NCBI GenBank assembly: GCA_964502145.1
Contig: CAZCVI010000007.1
Location: 118,297 to 182,296 of the forward strand
DNA from: an uncultured Clostridia bacterium
Lineage (GTDB): Bacteria; Acidobacteriota; Aminicenantia; UBA2199
Length of the DNA: 64,000 nucleotides
Direction of reading: 5' to 3'
Positions 28,105 through 39,184 of this stretch are shown here, one piece after another. Position 1 is the first letter of the stretch. Every line of letters begins with the position of its first letter. The notes under the pieces were generated by a model that was not told the origin of the DNA, did not search any database, and saw nothing but the letters and a program-made list of their open reading frames with translations. The translations under genes and the position numbers were made by a program.

Positions 28105-30654
28105 TTAAGTCCATATTACCATATTCATTTCATAGGGGTCGAAGATCAACGAGTGGTAAGGGGTGATACGGATTTTAAACCCGAAAATACCGGTTGTTTT
28201 ACAAGCCATTTCGCCAGCGAAACGGTATTTCCCCTCCCCCAGCGGGGTGACCTCTTTTAAATTCTCGATCCCTGTACTGGTCAATTGATGATTGGATGAA
28301 ATACGTCCATAATAAAGGTCAACCTTAATATCTTCGGGTAGCAGTTTGCCGGTAAAAACATCCACTTGCACCCGGAAACTGTCATTGATCTTATAGACAT
28401 GCGCATCCTCGCATTGGATGTTTTCGACTTTAATCAAGTAAAAGTCCTGGCGGATTTTCGTTTTCCATTCCACCAGTTCCCTGGTGTTTTTAAAGCCATT
28501 TTCGCTGAGCAATCTGTAACTTCGACCAGCCTGGACATAGAATTTTTCAGAATACTCTTTGAGCATGCGGTGGGTATTAAAGAAAGACACCACGGAGACA
28601 AAGGCATTTTTCATCATCTTGATCCACTCGCGGGGCAAGCCGTCCAGACCTTTATCGTAAAACATGGGAATCACATCATTTTCAATAATAGAATAGAGGG
28701 CCTTGCTTTCGACTTCATCCTGGTACGTGCGATCACTAAACACTTCAGGACTACCAATAGCCCAGCCATTAACGAGATCATACGCCTCGTCCCACCACCC
28801 ATCCAAAACACTCAGATTAAGCACGCCATTAACCGCGGCTTTCATACCAGATGTCCCACTGGCTTCATGGGGTCGCAGGGGGTTGTTTAACCAGACATCG
28901 ACTCCCTGCACCATATATCTGGCCACATTCATATCATAATCCTCGATAAAAACAATCTGCTTGAACAAATTATTGGCATGGATAGAATGAATGATGTTTT
29001 TAATGATTTCTTTCCCAGCCGTATCCTGGGGATGAGCTTTGCCAGCAAAAATGAACTGCACGGGTCGCAAGGGATCGTCGGCCAGCTTCATGAGTCGCTG
29101 TAAATCACGAAATATGAGATCACCCCGCTTGTAAGAAGCAAACCGTCGTGCAAATCCGATAGTTAGCACCTCGGGGTCCAACGCTTCCTGGGATTGGTTG
29201 ATCAACAACTGGGAAGCCCCCTTGGCCATCAATTGCTCTTTTAACCGGGTGCGGATAAAATAAATCAACCGCCGCCGTCTAACACAATGAACGCGCCAGA
29301 TTTCCGGGTCAGGGATATTCTCGGTTTTTTTCCATAAGGAAAAACGATCCTGTTTTTCCTGCCAATTGTCGCCCAGATAGCGTCGGAACAGCTCGGACAT
29401 TTCAAAGGAGAGCCAGGAAGCCAGATGAACGCCATTGGTCACGGCCCGGATAGGAATATGTTCTTCGGGCACATCGTTCCATAAATGCTTCCACATGGTT
29501 TTGGCCACAGTACCGTGGAGTTGCGATACACCGTTAACATAGGACGCATTGCGAATAGCCAGTACTGGCATTGAAAAATTCTCACTGTAATTTTCGGGTT
29601 TGGTTCTACCAAACGCTAAAAATTCTTCGATAGAGATACCGAGGTCCTTGGCATATTGGGAAAAATAAGTCTGGATAAGGTCGGGTGAAAATTCATCATT
29701 CCCGGCTGCGACTGGGGTATGGGTAGTAAAAACAGCGGTTTTACGGGTGACTTCCATGGCTTGGTCAAAGGTAAGGCGTTGTTTTTGCATGAGTATTTTA
29801 GCCCGCTCAAAAATAGCAAAGGAGGAATGACCTTCATTCATATGAATCACATCGACCTCGATGCCGAGAGTGTCGAGTAAGCGGATACCACCGATACCGA
29901 GGATAATTTCCTGTTGGATGCGAAATTCTCTATCGCCGCCGTAGAGTTGCGAGGTTAATTTCCTGTCAATCTCGTTATTTTTGGCAATATTGGAATCCAT
30001 CACATAGATATTAATGCGCCCTACAGATAATCGCCATACTTTTAAATAGAGGGTTCTACCGGGTAATTCTACATGGATTTCAAGGGGTTGACCATCAGGC
30101 GCAACCTCTTCACGGATAGGCATATTATAAAAATCATTGATATCGTAAAAATCTTGTTGCCAACCGTCTTGATTTAAATATTGTCGAAAATACCCCAACT
30201 GATACAGTAGGCCGATACCATGGAGGTTAAGTCCGAGATCGCTGGAACTCTTGATATGATCGCCTGCTAACACGCCAAGACCACCGGAATAAATAGGCAA
30301 AGCCTCGGTCAGACCATACTCCAAAGAAAAATAACCAATCGCGGGGAACTCTTCCCCGGACTGCGTTTTTATCCCTATCAGATACTCGGTCAATCGCTTG
30401 TGTACACGTGATACTTCCAATACATAGCCTTCATCGTTGGCCAATTCATCCAACCTTTCCTGACCGACTTCCCCCAGCATCTTGACTGGATTATGCCGCA
30501 CCATGTCCCACAAACTGTCATCCATGCGGATAAATAACTTGATCGCATCCGGGTTCCAACTCAACCAGATATTGTGGGCGATGTCATACAAACCGTTTAA
30601 TTTCTCGGGTACATCCGGGATTACTTTAAAAGTCTTTATTTTATTCTCAACCAT
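28105..30654 (-). CDS. glgP: Alpha-glucan (glycogen/maltodextrin) phosphorylase, GT35 family
   Basis: The PLP-lysine region EASGTSGMKAAVNG is present. Length is about 850 aa, with the typical core. Confidence 0.9.
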   Translation of the reverse strand: MVENKIKTFKVIPDVPEKLNGLYDIAHNIWLSWNPDAIKLFIRMDDSLWDMVRHNPVKMLGEVGQERLDELANDEGYVLEVSRVHKRLTEYLIGIKTQSGEEFPAIGYFSLEYGLTEALPIYSGGLGVLAGDHIKSSSDLGLNLHGIGLLYQLGYFRQYLNQDGWQQDFYDINDFYNMPIREEVAPDGQPLEIHVELPGRTLYLKVWRLSVGRINIYVMDSNIAKNNEIDRKLTSQLYGGDREFRIQQEIILGIGGIRLLDTLGIEVDVIHMNEGHSSFAIFERAKILMQKQRLTFDQAMEVTRKTAVFTTHTPVAAGNDEFSPDLIQTYFSQYAKDLGISIEEFLAFGRTKPENYSENFSMPVLAIRNASYVNGVSQLHGTVAKTMWKHLWNDVPEEHIPIRAVTNGVHLASWLSFEMSELFRRYLGDNWQEKQDRFSLWKKTENIPDPEIWRVHCVRRRRLIYFIRTRLKEQLMAKGASQLLINQSQEALDPEVLTIGFARRFASYKRGDLIFRDLQRLMKLADDPLRPVQFIFAGKAHPQDTAGKEIIKNIIHSIHANNLFKQIVFIEDYDMNVARYMVQGVDVWLNNPLRPHEASGTSGMKAAVNGVLNLSVLDGWWDEAYDLVNGWAIGSPEVFSDRTYQDEVESKALYSIIENDVIPMFYDKGLDGLPREWIKMMKNAFVSVVSFFNTHRMLKEYSEKFYVQAGRSYRLLSENGFKNTRELVEWKTKIRQDFYLIKVENIQCEDAHVYKINDSFRVQVDVFTGKLLPEDIKVDLYYGRISSNHQLTSTGIENLKEVTPLGEGKYRFAGEMACKTTGIFGFKIRITPYHSLIFDPYEMNMVIWT

Positions 30655-30815
30655 GTTATTGCTCCTTAGAAAGCTAAATTATACGATATTAACGATAATG
30701 GAGCAAGGGAGGATACAATTTTAATAGTTCTAACTGAATTCGAAAGATACACGCCACAAAAAAAACTTCCACCTCGCAATATACCGACTTCCAGCATAGA
30801 CACGGGCGAAGCCTA

Positions 30816-31184
30816 CTATAAAGCGGAGATCATCTGCTCTTGATAGATATTTAAATAAAAATTCAACTTCCCGTCAAACACATCGGGTTCAGATAAGATC
30901 ATCAAAAAGTATTCAGATGTTAAGGAGAAGATACGGAGGTGATAATTGTAAAAATTCATCTTTATAACATAATTACTGGGCGAAACCTTGGTCTTATCGA
31001 GCTTGGAAATGATATCGGCTAATTCGGCACCGGAAAATTCGAGATCCACCTCTTTTGCATCGGAAAAGTATGATTTCTCCAGTTCAAGACCATCCTTACC
31101 CCAGACACCGATGGCAATTATGCCTTTGTTGTTCTCGTAGAATGTATTGAATACGTCTTCAAACAATTTTATCTCCTTTTCCAT
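30816..31184 (-). CDS. Hypothetical small protein (possible roadblock/LC7-like fold)
   Basis: The call rests on size and secondary-structure pattern only. It overlaps the end of the upstream TPR gene by 16 nt. Confidence 0.4.
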   Translation of the reverse strand: MEKEIKLFEDVFNTFYENNKGIIAIGVWGKDGLELEKSYFSDAKEVDLEFSGAELADIISKLDKTKVSPSNYVIKMNFYNYHLRIFSLTSEYFLMILSEPDVFDGKLNFYLNIYQEQMISAL

Positions 31185-32857
31185 GTGTTTTGGATCACTT
31201 TTAAAAATTCATTTAAAACATCAATCTTCCTTTGATTGGCTCGTATTCCTTTCAACTGGTTGATTTTTATCAGGAATCGCTCCTCCTTGCGGGTGTTGTA
31301 TAACTTCGCATAAATCATCGCGGCATCCTCCAACAATCCCTGTTTTAAGTAAAGTTCGGCAGCACTCTCCGTGATAATTTGAGCTTCTTCTTCAACTACT
31401 TCCTGACTATCTTCTTGAATCTCTTCCTCAATTACATCTTGAAGCTCTTCTTGACTATCTTCTAGAATCTCTTCCTCAATTACATCATGAATTTCTTCGT
31501 GAATTTCTTCCGCAACAGGTTCATCCAGACCCATTGGTTCAATGGGTTCAGGTTCCGTCACGTCTGGGACAGCGGAGTAGAATTGAGATACATCAAATTC
31601 CTCACCTTCACTCATCCCTAAACTACCGATGTCAGAACCAGATGAGGATTCTACGCTTGGTTCTTCCTTTACTGGCGGTTCCCATCCCAGGGAGAAATCC
31701 TCTTCTAACGGTGCAGGAACTGGCTCTTCAACTTCATTTAAATCCCCTGTTTCGTCAAAATAGTCAAAATCGCCGAAATCCACATCCGGGGGGGGCGGCA
31801 TTTGGGTTAACTGGTCATTGGGAATTTCTGATTCTGCGAATTCAGTTTCTTTTTCCAGTTCTTCTTGAATGGAAAGCATCCCCGCTTCTTCTACCTCGTC
31901 AGCAGTAGCGGTATCTTCTGGCATTACCAAGTTTTCGCTATCGGCCACGGGTGACTCTTCCGGCATGCCCCAGTCGAGAATAGGGTCCAGTGCCATAGGT
32001 GGTTCGAGATTCTCATTTTCGAGATTCTCAGTCGCCCCAAGATCCCCAAAATCAAGCGCAGGAGGAGAGATAGGCTCCGCCATATCCGGGAATTCGAGAG
32101 CTTCGGGAGTATCAGTGGGAATAGATTCTTCCTCCTCGGCCAACGCTTCTTCAGTATGCCAAACTGGAGGAATATCAGAAATAGATGGCAGTTCCACAAG
32201 TTCTTCATCCAGCCCTAGATCATCAAACAAAATAGGGGGTGGCAACGAGGGTTCGGGTTCAGAATTTTCAAAAAGATCAGGTGTCTCGGTGGGTGGAGGA
32301 GCTTGTCTTGCAGATTCATGAGCAGTGGCAGTAGTATTCGTCACGGTATCAGAAGAAGATATTTTTTTATCATTAACCGCTTTTAGAACCTCCGCGACAT
32401 CAAATTCATGAATGGTATCGGTACGATTAAATTGCTCGCTATGATAGGTGACAAAATCCATTTTCTTACCGCTGGGGCCACCACCACTCTTTTTAATGGT
32501 ATTTATTCTATCAATAGATTCCTTGGCATCGGCATTAAACGGATCCAAGAAAAGAATTCTATTGTAATATTCAAGAGCTTCATCAAACTTGTTTCGCTTT
32601 AGAGCCAGTATACCTCCTTCGGCCAACAAATTGATATTGTTGGGGAAAAGCTGCATCATTTCATTCAATGCCTCAACAGCTTCCCCCAATCGGTTCAACT
32701 CCTTCAAGGTTCTAACATGAAGCAATTTAATCGGGAAGGAATGGGGATAATCCCGGATCAGTTTTTTTGAAAAGTTGAGTGCCTCGGAGAATCTCTTCTG
32801 CTTGAAGAGATTCTCCAATGCCTCTAATTGCAATCTTTCACTCTTTATATCCGCCAT
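31169..32857 (-). CDS. TPR-repeat protein with a long acidic Pro/Glu/Asp-rich low-complexity central region
   Basis: TPR-like helical repeats at both ends. The central section (E/D/P-rich) is of the ...PPPTETPDLFENSEPEPSLPPP... type. Confidence 0.7.
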   Translation of the reverse strand: MADIKSERLQLEALENLFKQKRFSEALNFSKKLIRDYPHSFPIKLLHVRTLKELNRLGEAVEALNEMMQLFPNNINLLAEGGILALKRNKFDEALEYYNRILFLDPFNADAKESIDRINTIKKSGGGPSGKKMDFVTYHSEQFNRTDTIHEFDVAEVLKAVNDKKISSSDTVTNTTATAHESARQAPPPTETPDLFENSEPEPSLPPPILFDDLGLDEELVELPSISDIPPVWHTEEALAEEEESIPTDTPEALEFPDMAEPISPPALDFGDLGATENLENENLEPPMALDPILDWGMPEESPVADSENLVMPEDTATADEVEEAGMLSIQEELEKETEFAESEIPNDQLTQMPPPPDVDFGDFDYFDETGDLNEVEEPVPAPLEEDFSLGWEPPVKEEPSVESSSGSDIGSLGMSEGEEFDVSQFYSAVPDVTEPEPIEPMGLDEPVAEEIHEEIHDVIEEEILEDSQEELQDVIEEEIQEDSQEVVEEEAQIITESAAELYLKQGLLEDAAMIYAKLYNTRKEERFLIKINQLKGIRANQRKIDVLNEFLKVIQNTWKRR

Positions 32858-32879
32858 TTCAGTCTACGGTTAGCAGTCG

Positions 32880-34520
32880 TTAATCCTTACCGACTTGGGT
32901 AACCAAAATCGTGGCCTTTGCACCATTGCTAGCAAGAAAAGTAATAATGGCCTGTCGTGGAGTAGTGTTGGGATTGGCAGCTTGGATAGTAATCAAGACC
33001 GATGCATTGGCGGTTGTTCCGTTGTTAGGCACAATTCCAATCCATGTCACATCAGTATTCACCGACCATGTCATGACATCACTGGAAGTAGGATTGGTGA
33101 CGGTAGCGATGAACGTACTTCCCGCTGTCGCTGGCGAAGTATACGTGGTGGGTGAAACAGCAAGAGAAGGACCGCCACCTTGATTCACTGTAATAATCAC
33201 GATGTTAGTCACTCCTGTCGACGTGGGTGTTAAGGTGACAGTACCGGTTCTGCTGGTCTGTGCATTCGCGATAGTATTAAGAATAAAAGAATCGTTGGTT
33301 GTACCACGAGACTTCGACACAACTATCCAATTCACATTGGGAGTGATAATATAGTCGATAGAAGTGGAATTGGTACCGCTATTGTAAACATTGATGGTGG
33401 TAGAGGTTTGGATATTCGCTTCGACATTGATGGTGGTAATGTCTGCGGCCAATACCCCACCAGCAGGTACATCGTTACCTTTCTGATTGATGGAAACTTT
33501 GACAGAAGTGGCTTGGGTATCGGTGGCGGAAATAAGAATTTCACCGGAACGATCCTCGCCTGACGTATTTTCATCCACAACAACGGTGAAACTACCGGGG
33601 GTCACACCACTGGATGGGTTGACATGAATCCAAGGCGAATTAGGCATAACCGTGTAACCGATATTGGCATCACCGGTTCCGTTGGTGACATTAATCGAAA
33701 CTGTACCTCCTGCGACCACCACGTCCCATTGCGCTACATCAACAGCCAATGTATTCCCACCACCAAACTCCGCTATAAAATCGACATAATAACGATCAGT
33801 CATAATCGGGTTAGCAGTGGTAAAAGTATAGGCGCTAGGAGAAAATGTATAACCTTTTGCAGAGGGCGTGATAGAACCATACCAGCCGGGGCTAACAAAG
33901 AATTCGTAGCTACCGCTGGGACGGGTCACGGTCACGCCGCTGGGATTCCCATCATCACCTTCCAAGGCAATAGTCACACCCTCCACGCCGTTTCCAGAAG
34001 GCGTTAAGACGTTCCCATGAATAACCACACCCTGATTCATATAAGGAATGATACGAAGGGGAACAACATCCCACACATCGGACAGGGGCAGGTTATCCAA
34101 TCTACCGTTATCTACCAAAGTGGCTTTAATCGCACCGGTGATTGTAGACCTAACATTGGATGCTGGGGGTAAAAAATAAGTGATCTGCGCCCGCCCATTA
34201 CTGTCGGTAACGCGGGTATCACTCAATTTATATCCCTCAAAAAAACCATAGCCCAAACCATCTTCAAAAACAATGGTATAACCGCTGGCGGGTTTACCGT
34301 CATTCTTTAAGGCCCGCACAGCAATTAAGGTCGAGGTAGCGGGCTCAGACTGCGGCACATAAAGAGTAGACGGGTTGGCAGTACCTGATAAGACTATCCG
34401 GTAACCAGCAGGACCACCGACAACCGGATCGGAGGTCGCCCCTCTCTTACACGATGTCGTGCTAATAAGACCAATAAGAGCAAAACACAATATTATAATC
34501 AACACGCTATTTTTTTTCAT
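32880..34520 (-). CDS. Cell-surface lipoprotein with multiple Ig-like/carboxypeptidase-regulatory-like beta domains
   Basis: Start chosen at MKKNSVLIIILCFALIGLISTTSC, a lipoprotein-type signal, with AGGAGG 9 nt upstream. The body is rich in T/S/G beta-sandwich segments. Confidence 0.6.
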   Translation of the reverse strand: MKKNSVLIIILCFALIGLISTTSCKRGATSDPVVGGPAGYRIVLSGTANPSTLYVPQSEPATSTLIAVRALKNDGKPASGYTIVFEDGLGYGFFEGYKLSDTRVTDSNGRAQITYFLPPASNVRSTITGAIKATLVDNGRLDNLPLSDVWDVVPLRIIPYMNQGVVIHGNVLTPSGNGVEGVTIALEGDDGNPSGVTVTRPSGSYEFFVSPGWYGSITPSAKGYTFSPSAYTFTTANPIMTDRYYVDFIAEFGGGNTLAVDVAQWDVVVAGGTVSINVTNGTGDANIGYTVMPNSPWIHVNPSSGVTPGSFTVVVDENTSGEDRSGEILISATDTQATSVKVSINQKGNDVPAGGVLAADITTINVEANIQTSTTINVYNSGTNSTSIDYIITPNVNWIVVSKSRGTTNDSFILNTIANAQTSRTGTVTLTPTSTGVTNIVIITVNQGGGPSLAVSPTTYTSPATAGSTFIATVTNPTSSDVMTWSVNTDVTWIGIVPNNGTTANASVLITIQAANPNTTPRQAIITFLASNGAKATILVTQVGKD

Positions 34521-34533
34521 AATCATAAACCTC

Positions 34534-35136
34534 CTATTCCGGATCCGCAAAATTCGAACACCAAATGGAAATGCTACCCACGGCGGGTTCCAAACGATTA
34601 CCAGCAAGATCCCTGGCGTAGAAAGTAATTTTAGCTTCTAATTTCAAAACATGTTCTTGCCCTAAATTCACCAATTCCACAAGGGGGGATTCCAATTTCG
34701 CATTGTGCTGAATCAGTATAAACGACAATGATGATTCGGTGGTTTCTCCAGTATCAAGGGTCAGATATACTTTTTGCGAAAAGCCGTATGGAACATCGAC
34801 ACCCTCAATATTCAAGCCATCGGCACGGGTAAATTTAACGTCAACTTGATCAATAATGACATGCTGGTAGAAAGTACTATCCGAAGCGCCTACTTTGGTA
34901 GGATCGAGGAGTACGGAAGTAAAGGTACCGGTCACGTTATCGTTAAAGATAGAACCTTTGGTTAGCACATCGGAAAGAATGGTGGTGGTATCCGCTCCAT
35001 CTTTATCGACGCCAGTGAGAGACCACAAAATAAGCTTGACAGAAGAATTGGTAACATTCTCCAATTTATTGCATCCGGAAAAACCGAGCAACAACACACA
35101 CAACAATATACCCAATAATAAAGATTTTATCTTCAT
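34534..35136 (-). CDS. Lipoprotein of unknown function
   Basis: Signal peptide with lipobox (LLLGFSGC). It lies immediately downstream of pilQ. Confidence 0.6.
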   Translation of the reverse strand: MKIKSLLLGILLCVLLLGFSGCNKLENVTNSSVKLILWSLTGVDKDGADTTTILSDVLTKGSIFNDNVTGTFTSVLLDPTKVGASDSTFYQHVIIDQVDVKFTRADGLNIEGVDVPYGFSQKVYLTLDTGETTESSLSFILIQHNAKLESPLVELVNLGQEHVLKLEAKITFYARDLAGNRLEPAVGSISIWCSNFADPE

Positions 35137-35146
35137 CTTTATTCTC

Positions 35147-37975
35147 CTATTTAATAATTCTCGGGGTTATAAAGATCAATAGTTCCTTTTGTTCGTTACG
35201 GCGGGAGGAATTTTTAAATAAATTCCCCAGCAAAGGAATCTTGCTCAACAAAGGAACACCAGATTTGGTAGTGGTTTTTTCGACCTTGTACATACCACCG
35301 ATGACAATCGTACCGCCATCGGCTACCATGACAGTGGTGGTAATCGCCTGGGTAGTAATGGGGGGGATGCCATTAACAAGGTTACCAAAATCGGCGGAAT
35401 TGTTATTAATTTCCAACTTGGTGACCACGGTACCATCGGCAGTGATTTGTGGCGTTACTTTCAACTCCAATGCGGCGGGTTTGTACACGACGGTAATGGT
35501 GTTGTTCTGAATAGTTTGCACGGGAATTTGTTTTCCCTGCATGATGGTAGCTTCCTGATTGTTCTGGGTGGTGGTTTTGGGGGCGGAAATGATCCGGCCC
35601 TCACCATTGGTCTGCATGGCAGAAAGCGCCATATCCAACCTGAGGGTATTGGCCACATTTCCCAGTGTGAATACTGTACCAGAAGTAGCACCAGTGGCGG
35701 GAAGATTGACAGCATAGCCGCCAAGGGGACCAACCAGCGGGGATGAATCGGATACAAACTGATTGCCACTAACACCGACGGAATTGGGGAATTTCAACGT
35801 GGTTTGATTGCCATGTGTGGCATCGGCAATAAAATTATACCCCCACTGAATACCGAAACTCTCGATAAAGTTGGCATTGGTCTCAACGATTCTGGCCTCA
35901 ATGGATACCTGGGGATTGGCTGTATCCAAAACCTTGATCAAACGCTTCATTTCCTGTATCTTGTCGGGAATATCAGAAATAATCAAGGTATTGGTGCGGG
36001 GGTCCTGCAATATTTTACCCCTCTCGGATAACTGCTCTTTTAAAATCACGGCGGCTTCACCGACCTTGGCAAAACTCATGGTCTTGGTAAATACTTCGAG
36101 TTCTTCTGAATCTTGCTTGGCATTGACCAGTTCGCGTCGTTGCCTGGCTTCTGCCGCCAGATTGGAGACATTGCCAATACGCAGGATATTTCCTTCCTGG
36201 ATCATGGAAAGATTATTAATCTTTAAAAAGAGTTCCAATGCCTGATCCCATGGAACCTGGGTTAACTGGGCGGTCACGCGACCACTAATACCGGGGTCCA
36301 TCACGATGTTCAAGCCGGAAATCTTGGCAATAATCTTGATAACATCCTTTAAATCGGCATTATGAAAATTAAACCCCATGGGATCACCGACATATCTTTT
36401 TTTACCGGTAGCAATGGTCTGATTAAGATACGTGATTTGGGCGGAAGGTTCATTACCAGAATCGGTTACCTTATCTGGAGCGGGAGAATCCTGTGCCACC
36501 TCGGACTTTTCATCGCTAAAAAAATCTTCGGTGACAGCCTCTACAGGGCCGGAAATTTTGCTCACAACGGGTATAGTACCATCCTTGGCAGTAATTTTAT
36601 TTTCTACTGGTTCCGCTTTGACAATGGCTTTATCTTGGGTTTTATCTTCACTTACGGTCACACCCCTGGTCACGGGATTGTCCGGGCTTGGGTCACTCAG
36701 TTCCACACCTGATTCGTTACGGGTAATGATAATACCGGAATCATTCTTTTCCACGTCCCCGGCTTGGGCATAGGTTTTGGCAATAGGGGCCACTTTTACT
36801 TCAGTGGTACTGGTGGCACTGGTATTGGCCTGATTTATTCCTGTATCCATTACCTGTTCATCTTTTACCGGTTTTTTTATTTTCTTGGCTGCCGGTGTTG
36901 CGGGTGAAGTGGTATCTTGTTTGGTGGGAATAGCTTGTGCCACTAGTGCAGGTTGGGGATCATTGTGACTGGTTTTCTTTTTTTTATCGAGGTTAACGGC
37001 AGTGTACTCTGCACTATTGGCGATATCAGTTGTTTTATTAAAAAAAGTCACTTCCAGTATATTTCCATCGCCATTTTTGGGGGATACTTTATAATTTTTT
37101 AAATAATGCAAATCAAAGACAACCCGATAAATGGAAGCGGAATTATAAGAGCCCCTGATCTTCTTCACATTAAGCTGCTCCACGATCTTCTGTATCCGAG
37201 CGCCATGGACACCTTGAAAGTCAATGGCCAATCGTATAGGATCGGTGGGAATAGGAATAACGGAGAAATCGGCCAGACGGGACAAAATAATATCGAATTT
37301 CACGCAATTCTCGTCTTTCTGGCTCAGGATAATATCCTTTATGGTCACGGACTCATCGTTCCCAATGTCAGCCGCGTTGTCACGACTCTTCGCTATAGGC
37401 GGAAGGGTTGGTGTGACCGAGGGAGCCTTAGCAGGCTGGGGTTTTACCTCGGTGCGGATATTTGGTAACGATTGCGCCGCCGATTCTACAGGCGGGGTGG
37501 TTTTCGGGGTAATCGTTGCCGGAGCCCGGGGTGTTGTGACCGCCATGGTTTTGTTCGTTGCCACTGTATCGGCGCTAAAGGGGAACTCAATATACAAGCC
37601 TTTACGGTTAGTAAATACCCTGTAATTAACCTGTTGCTTCAACAAGATGTCCACATCGGTATAAGGTCCGCTACCGTCGATCTTCAGCGAATCAATGATG
37701 GCAGAATCGAAGGAAAGCTGGTTTTTCCCCAATTGGAAGGTCACATTGTTAATCCTCATGACGATGCGTTTGGTGTTACCCTTCTCTGGGTAAAACACAT
37801 CTGGGATGGGGATCATTTTACCGATTTTAAAGTAGAGCTGAACGAAATCGGTTCCTTTTAGATATTCAACATCCTTAACAGTAAAATCGGTTTTATCGTC
37901 AGCATCTGCATAAAATGCTAAACCGGCTATACAATATAAGATCAATATAACGGTTAAAAATGATTTGATATTCAT
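35147..37975 (-). CDS. pilQ: Type IV pilus secretin PilQ
   Basis: The C-terminal secretin domain ends ...GGTIVIGGMYKVEKTTTKSGVPLLSKIPLLGNLFKNSSRRNEQKELLIFITPRII. There are N-terminal AMIN-like regions and a Thr/Pro-rich linker. Confidence 0.9.
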   Translation of the reverse strand: MNIKSFLTVILILYCIAGLAFYADADDKTDFTVKDVEYLKGTDFVQLYFKIGKMIPIPDVFYPEKGNTKRIVMRINNVTFQLGKNQLSFDSAIIDSLKIDGSGPYTDVDILLKQQVNYRVFTNRKGLYIEFPFSADTVATNKTMAVTTPRAPATITPKTTPPVESAAQSLPNIRTEVKPQPAKAPSVTPTLPPIAKSRDNAADIGNDESVTIKDIILSQKDENCVKFDIILSRLADFSVIPIPTDPIRLAIDFQGVHGARIQKIVEQLNVKKIRGSYNSASIYRVVFDLHYLKNYKVSPKNGDGNILEVTFFNKTTDIANSAEYTAVNLDKKKKTSHNDPQPALVAQAIPTKQDTTSPATPAAKKIKKPVKDEQVMDTGINQANTSATSTTEVKVAPIAKTYAQAGDVEKNDSGIIITRNESGVELSDPSPDNPVTRGVTVSEDKTQDKAIVKAEPVENKITAKDGTIPVVSKISGPVEAVTEDFFSDEKSEVAQDSPAPDKVTDSGNEPSAQITYLNQTIATGKKRYVGDPMGFNFHNADLKDVIKIIAKISGLNIVMDPGISGRVTAQLTQVPWDQALELFLKINNLSMIQEGNILRIGNVSNLAAEARQRRELVNAKQDSEELEVFTKTMSFAKVGEAAVILKEQLSERGKILQDPRTNTLIISDIPDKIQEMKRLIKVLDTANPQVSIEARIVETNANFIESFGIQWGYNFIADATHGNQTTLKFPNSVGVSGNQFVSDSSPLVGPLGGYAVNLPATGATSGTVFTLGNVANTLRLDMALSAMQTNGEGRIISAPKTTTQNNQEATIMQGKQIPVQTIQNNTITVVYKPAALELKVTPQITADGTVVTKLEINNNSADFGNLVNGIPPITTQAITTTVMVADGGTIVIGGMYKVEKTTTKSGVPLLSKIPLLGNLFKNSSRRNEQKELLIFITPRIIK

Positions 37976-38550
37976 TGTTTTGATGCCTCCTCTTCAGGGG
38001 TTAATCTTATTGTGATCAATTTTTCTTTTGTTCCGCCCAGGGCGATGGTCAGTATCCGTTTAAATACAACAGCGTTCACATCAATGTCGATAATTTCCCC
38101 GTCATAGACACTGTCTCCCACTTTTACATCGTAAGGTCTTCCATCTGGTCCCTTAAACAGCGCGATATATTTCCCCTGTTTATATAAAATGCCTTCCAGT
38201 TCCAATTCGTCAATCAGCAAACCGGCAATACCTTCTTTGGCTTCCCTTTTAATCTTGACACTTTTCCCTCGCAGTAAATCCCAAAAAGGATCGCGGCGTC
38301 CCCGAGGTTGATAGATAAAGTCCCCGCTGGTGATTTCGTCATCCAGCACGCTTTTTTCTTCCTGTTCGGCAATAGCGGCAGCGCTACTGGCGCCTTCCAT
38401 GGCATTTGGATCTATCTCTTCTTTTACTTCTTCTTTTTTGGGGGCTACTTTTTTAGGTTCTTCCTTTGGCTTGGTTTGGGATTGGGGAAGAACATCTAAA
38501 ACCATAAAAAACATGATAAAAATAACGAGTAAAATCTTCATTTTCCTCAT
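37972..38550 (-). CDS. pilP: PilP-like pilus assembly protein
   Basis: Position lies between pilO and pilQ with 4-nt overlaps on both sides. Disordered Lys/Glu-rich N-terminus followed by a beta domain. Confidence 0.6.
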   Translation of the reverse strand: MRKMKILLVIFIMFFMVLDVLPQSQTKPKEEPKKVAPKKEEVKEEIDPNAMEGASSAAAIAEQEEKSVLDDEITSGDFIYQPRGRRDPFWDLLRGKSVKIKREAKEGIAGLLIDELELEGILYKQGKYIALFKGPDGRPYDVKVGDSVYDGEIIDIDVNAVVFKRILTIALGGTKEKLITIRLTPEEEASKQ

Positions 38551-39176
38551 TCTGCCTCCTCCCTCGCCTCAGGCTCTGGCCGGGGTCTTGGGGTTCTAAC
38601 GGCTGCGGTTACACTCTTTGCCACTGGCTCCTGGTAGGTATAGGTAGACGCTACAAAAGTGGCTGAAATCGAGAAGATACTGGTCATAGGATTAAGGGGG
38701 GCGATAGTTAAATTACTGACGGTAAAGATCTTCTTCAATTTTGCCAGTTGGTCAAAAAATATCCCCAGGTTATGGTAATTGCCATCCAAGGTGATGGAAA
38801 TAGGAATTTCCGTATATACTTCTTGGCGTCGTTCGGCCTGGGTGGACCAACTTTGAATCCTTAACCGTGCGCCGGAGATAATCGATTGTACTTTTCTCAG
38901 TATCTGGCTGATCTCTTTTCCTTCTGGTAATATCTCTTTTAACGTGCCCAGAAACTTTTCCTTTGCTTCTTTTTCTAATTTGATCTGATTTAATTGGGTC
39001 TCTTTCTTCTCTGCCTTTTTAATGTCATTATTCAGACTTTCAATTTGGGTGTCCAGAGTCTCGATCCTGGATTGATTATCAGAATAATAAAACATATAAA
39101 AGAAGACGAACAATATACCGCCAATAAATAAAAAAGTTAATAACTGACCATACCAGGGTAAACTTTTTAAGTCCAT
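38547..39176 (-). CDS. pilO: Type IV pilus assembly protein PilO
   Basis: N-terminal TM helix followed by a coiled coil. Operon position. Confidence 0.75.
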   Translation of the reverse strand: MDLKSLPWYGQLLTFLFIGGILFVFFYMFYYSDNQSRIETLDTQIESLNNDIKKAEKKETQLNQIKLEKEAKEKFLGTLKEILPEGKEISQILRKVQSIISGARLRIQSWSTQAERRQEVYTEIPISITLDGNYHNLGIFFDQLAKLKKIFTVSNLTIAPLNPMTSIFSISATFVASTYTYQEPVAKSVTAAVRTPRPRPEPEAREEAE

Positions 39177-39184
39177 ACTACACC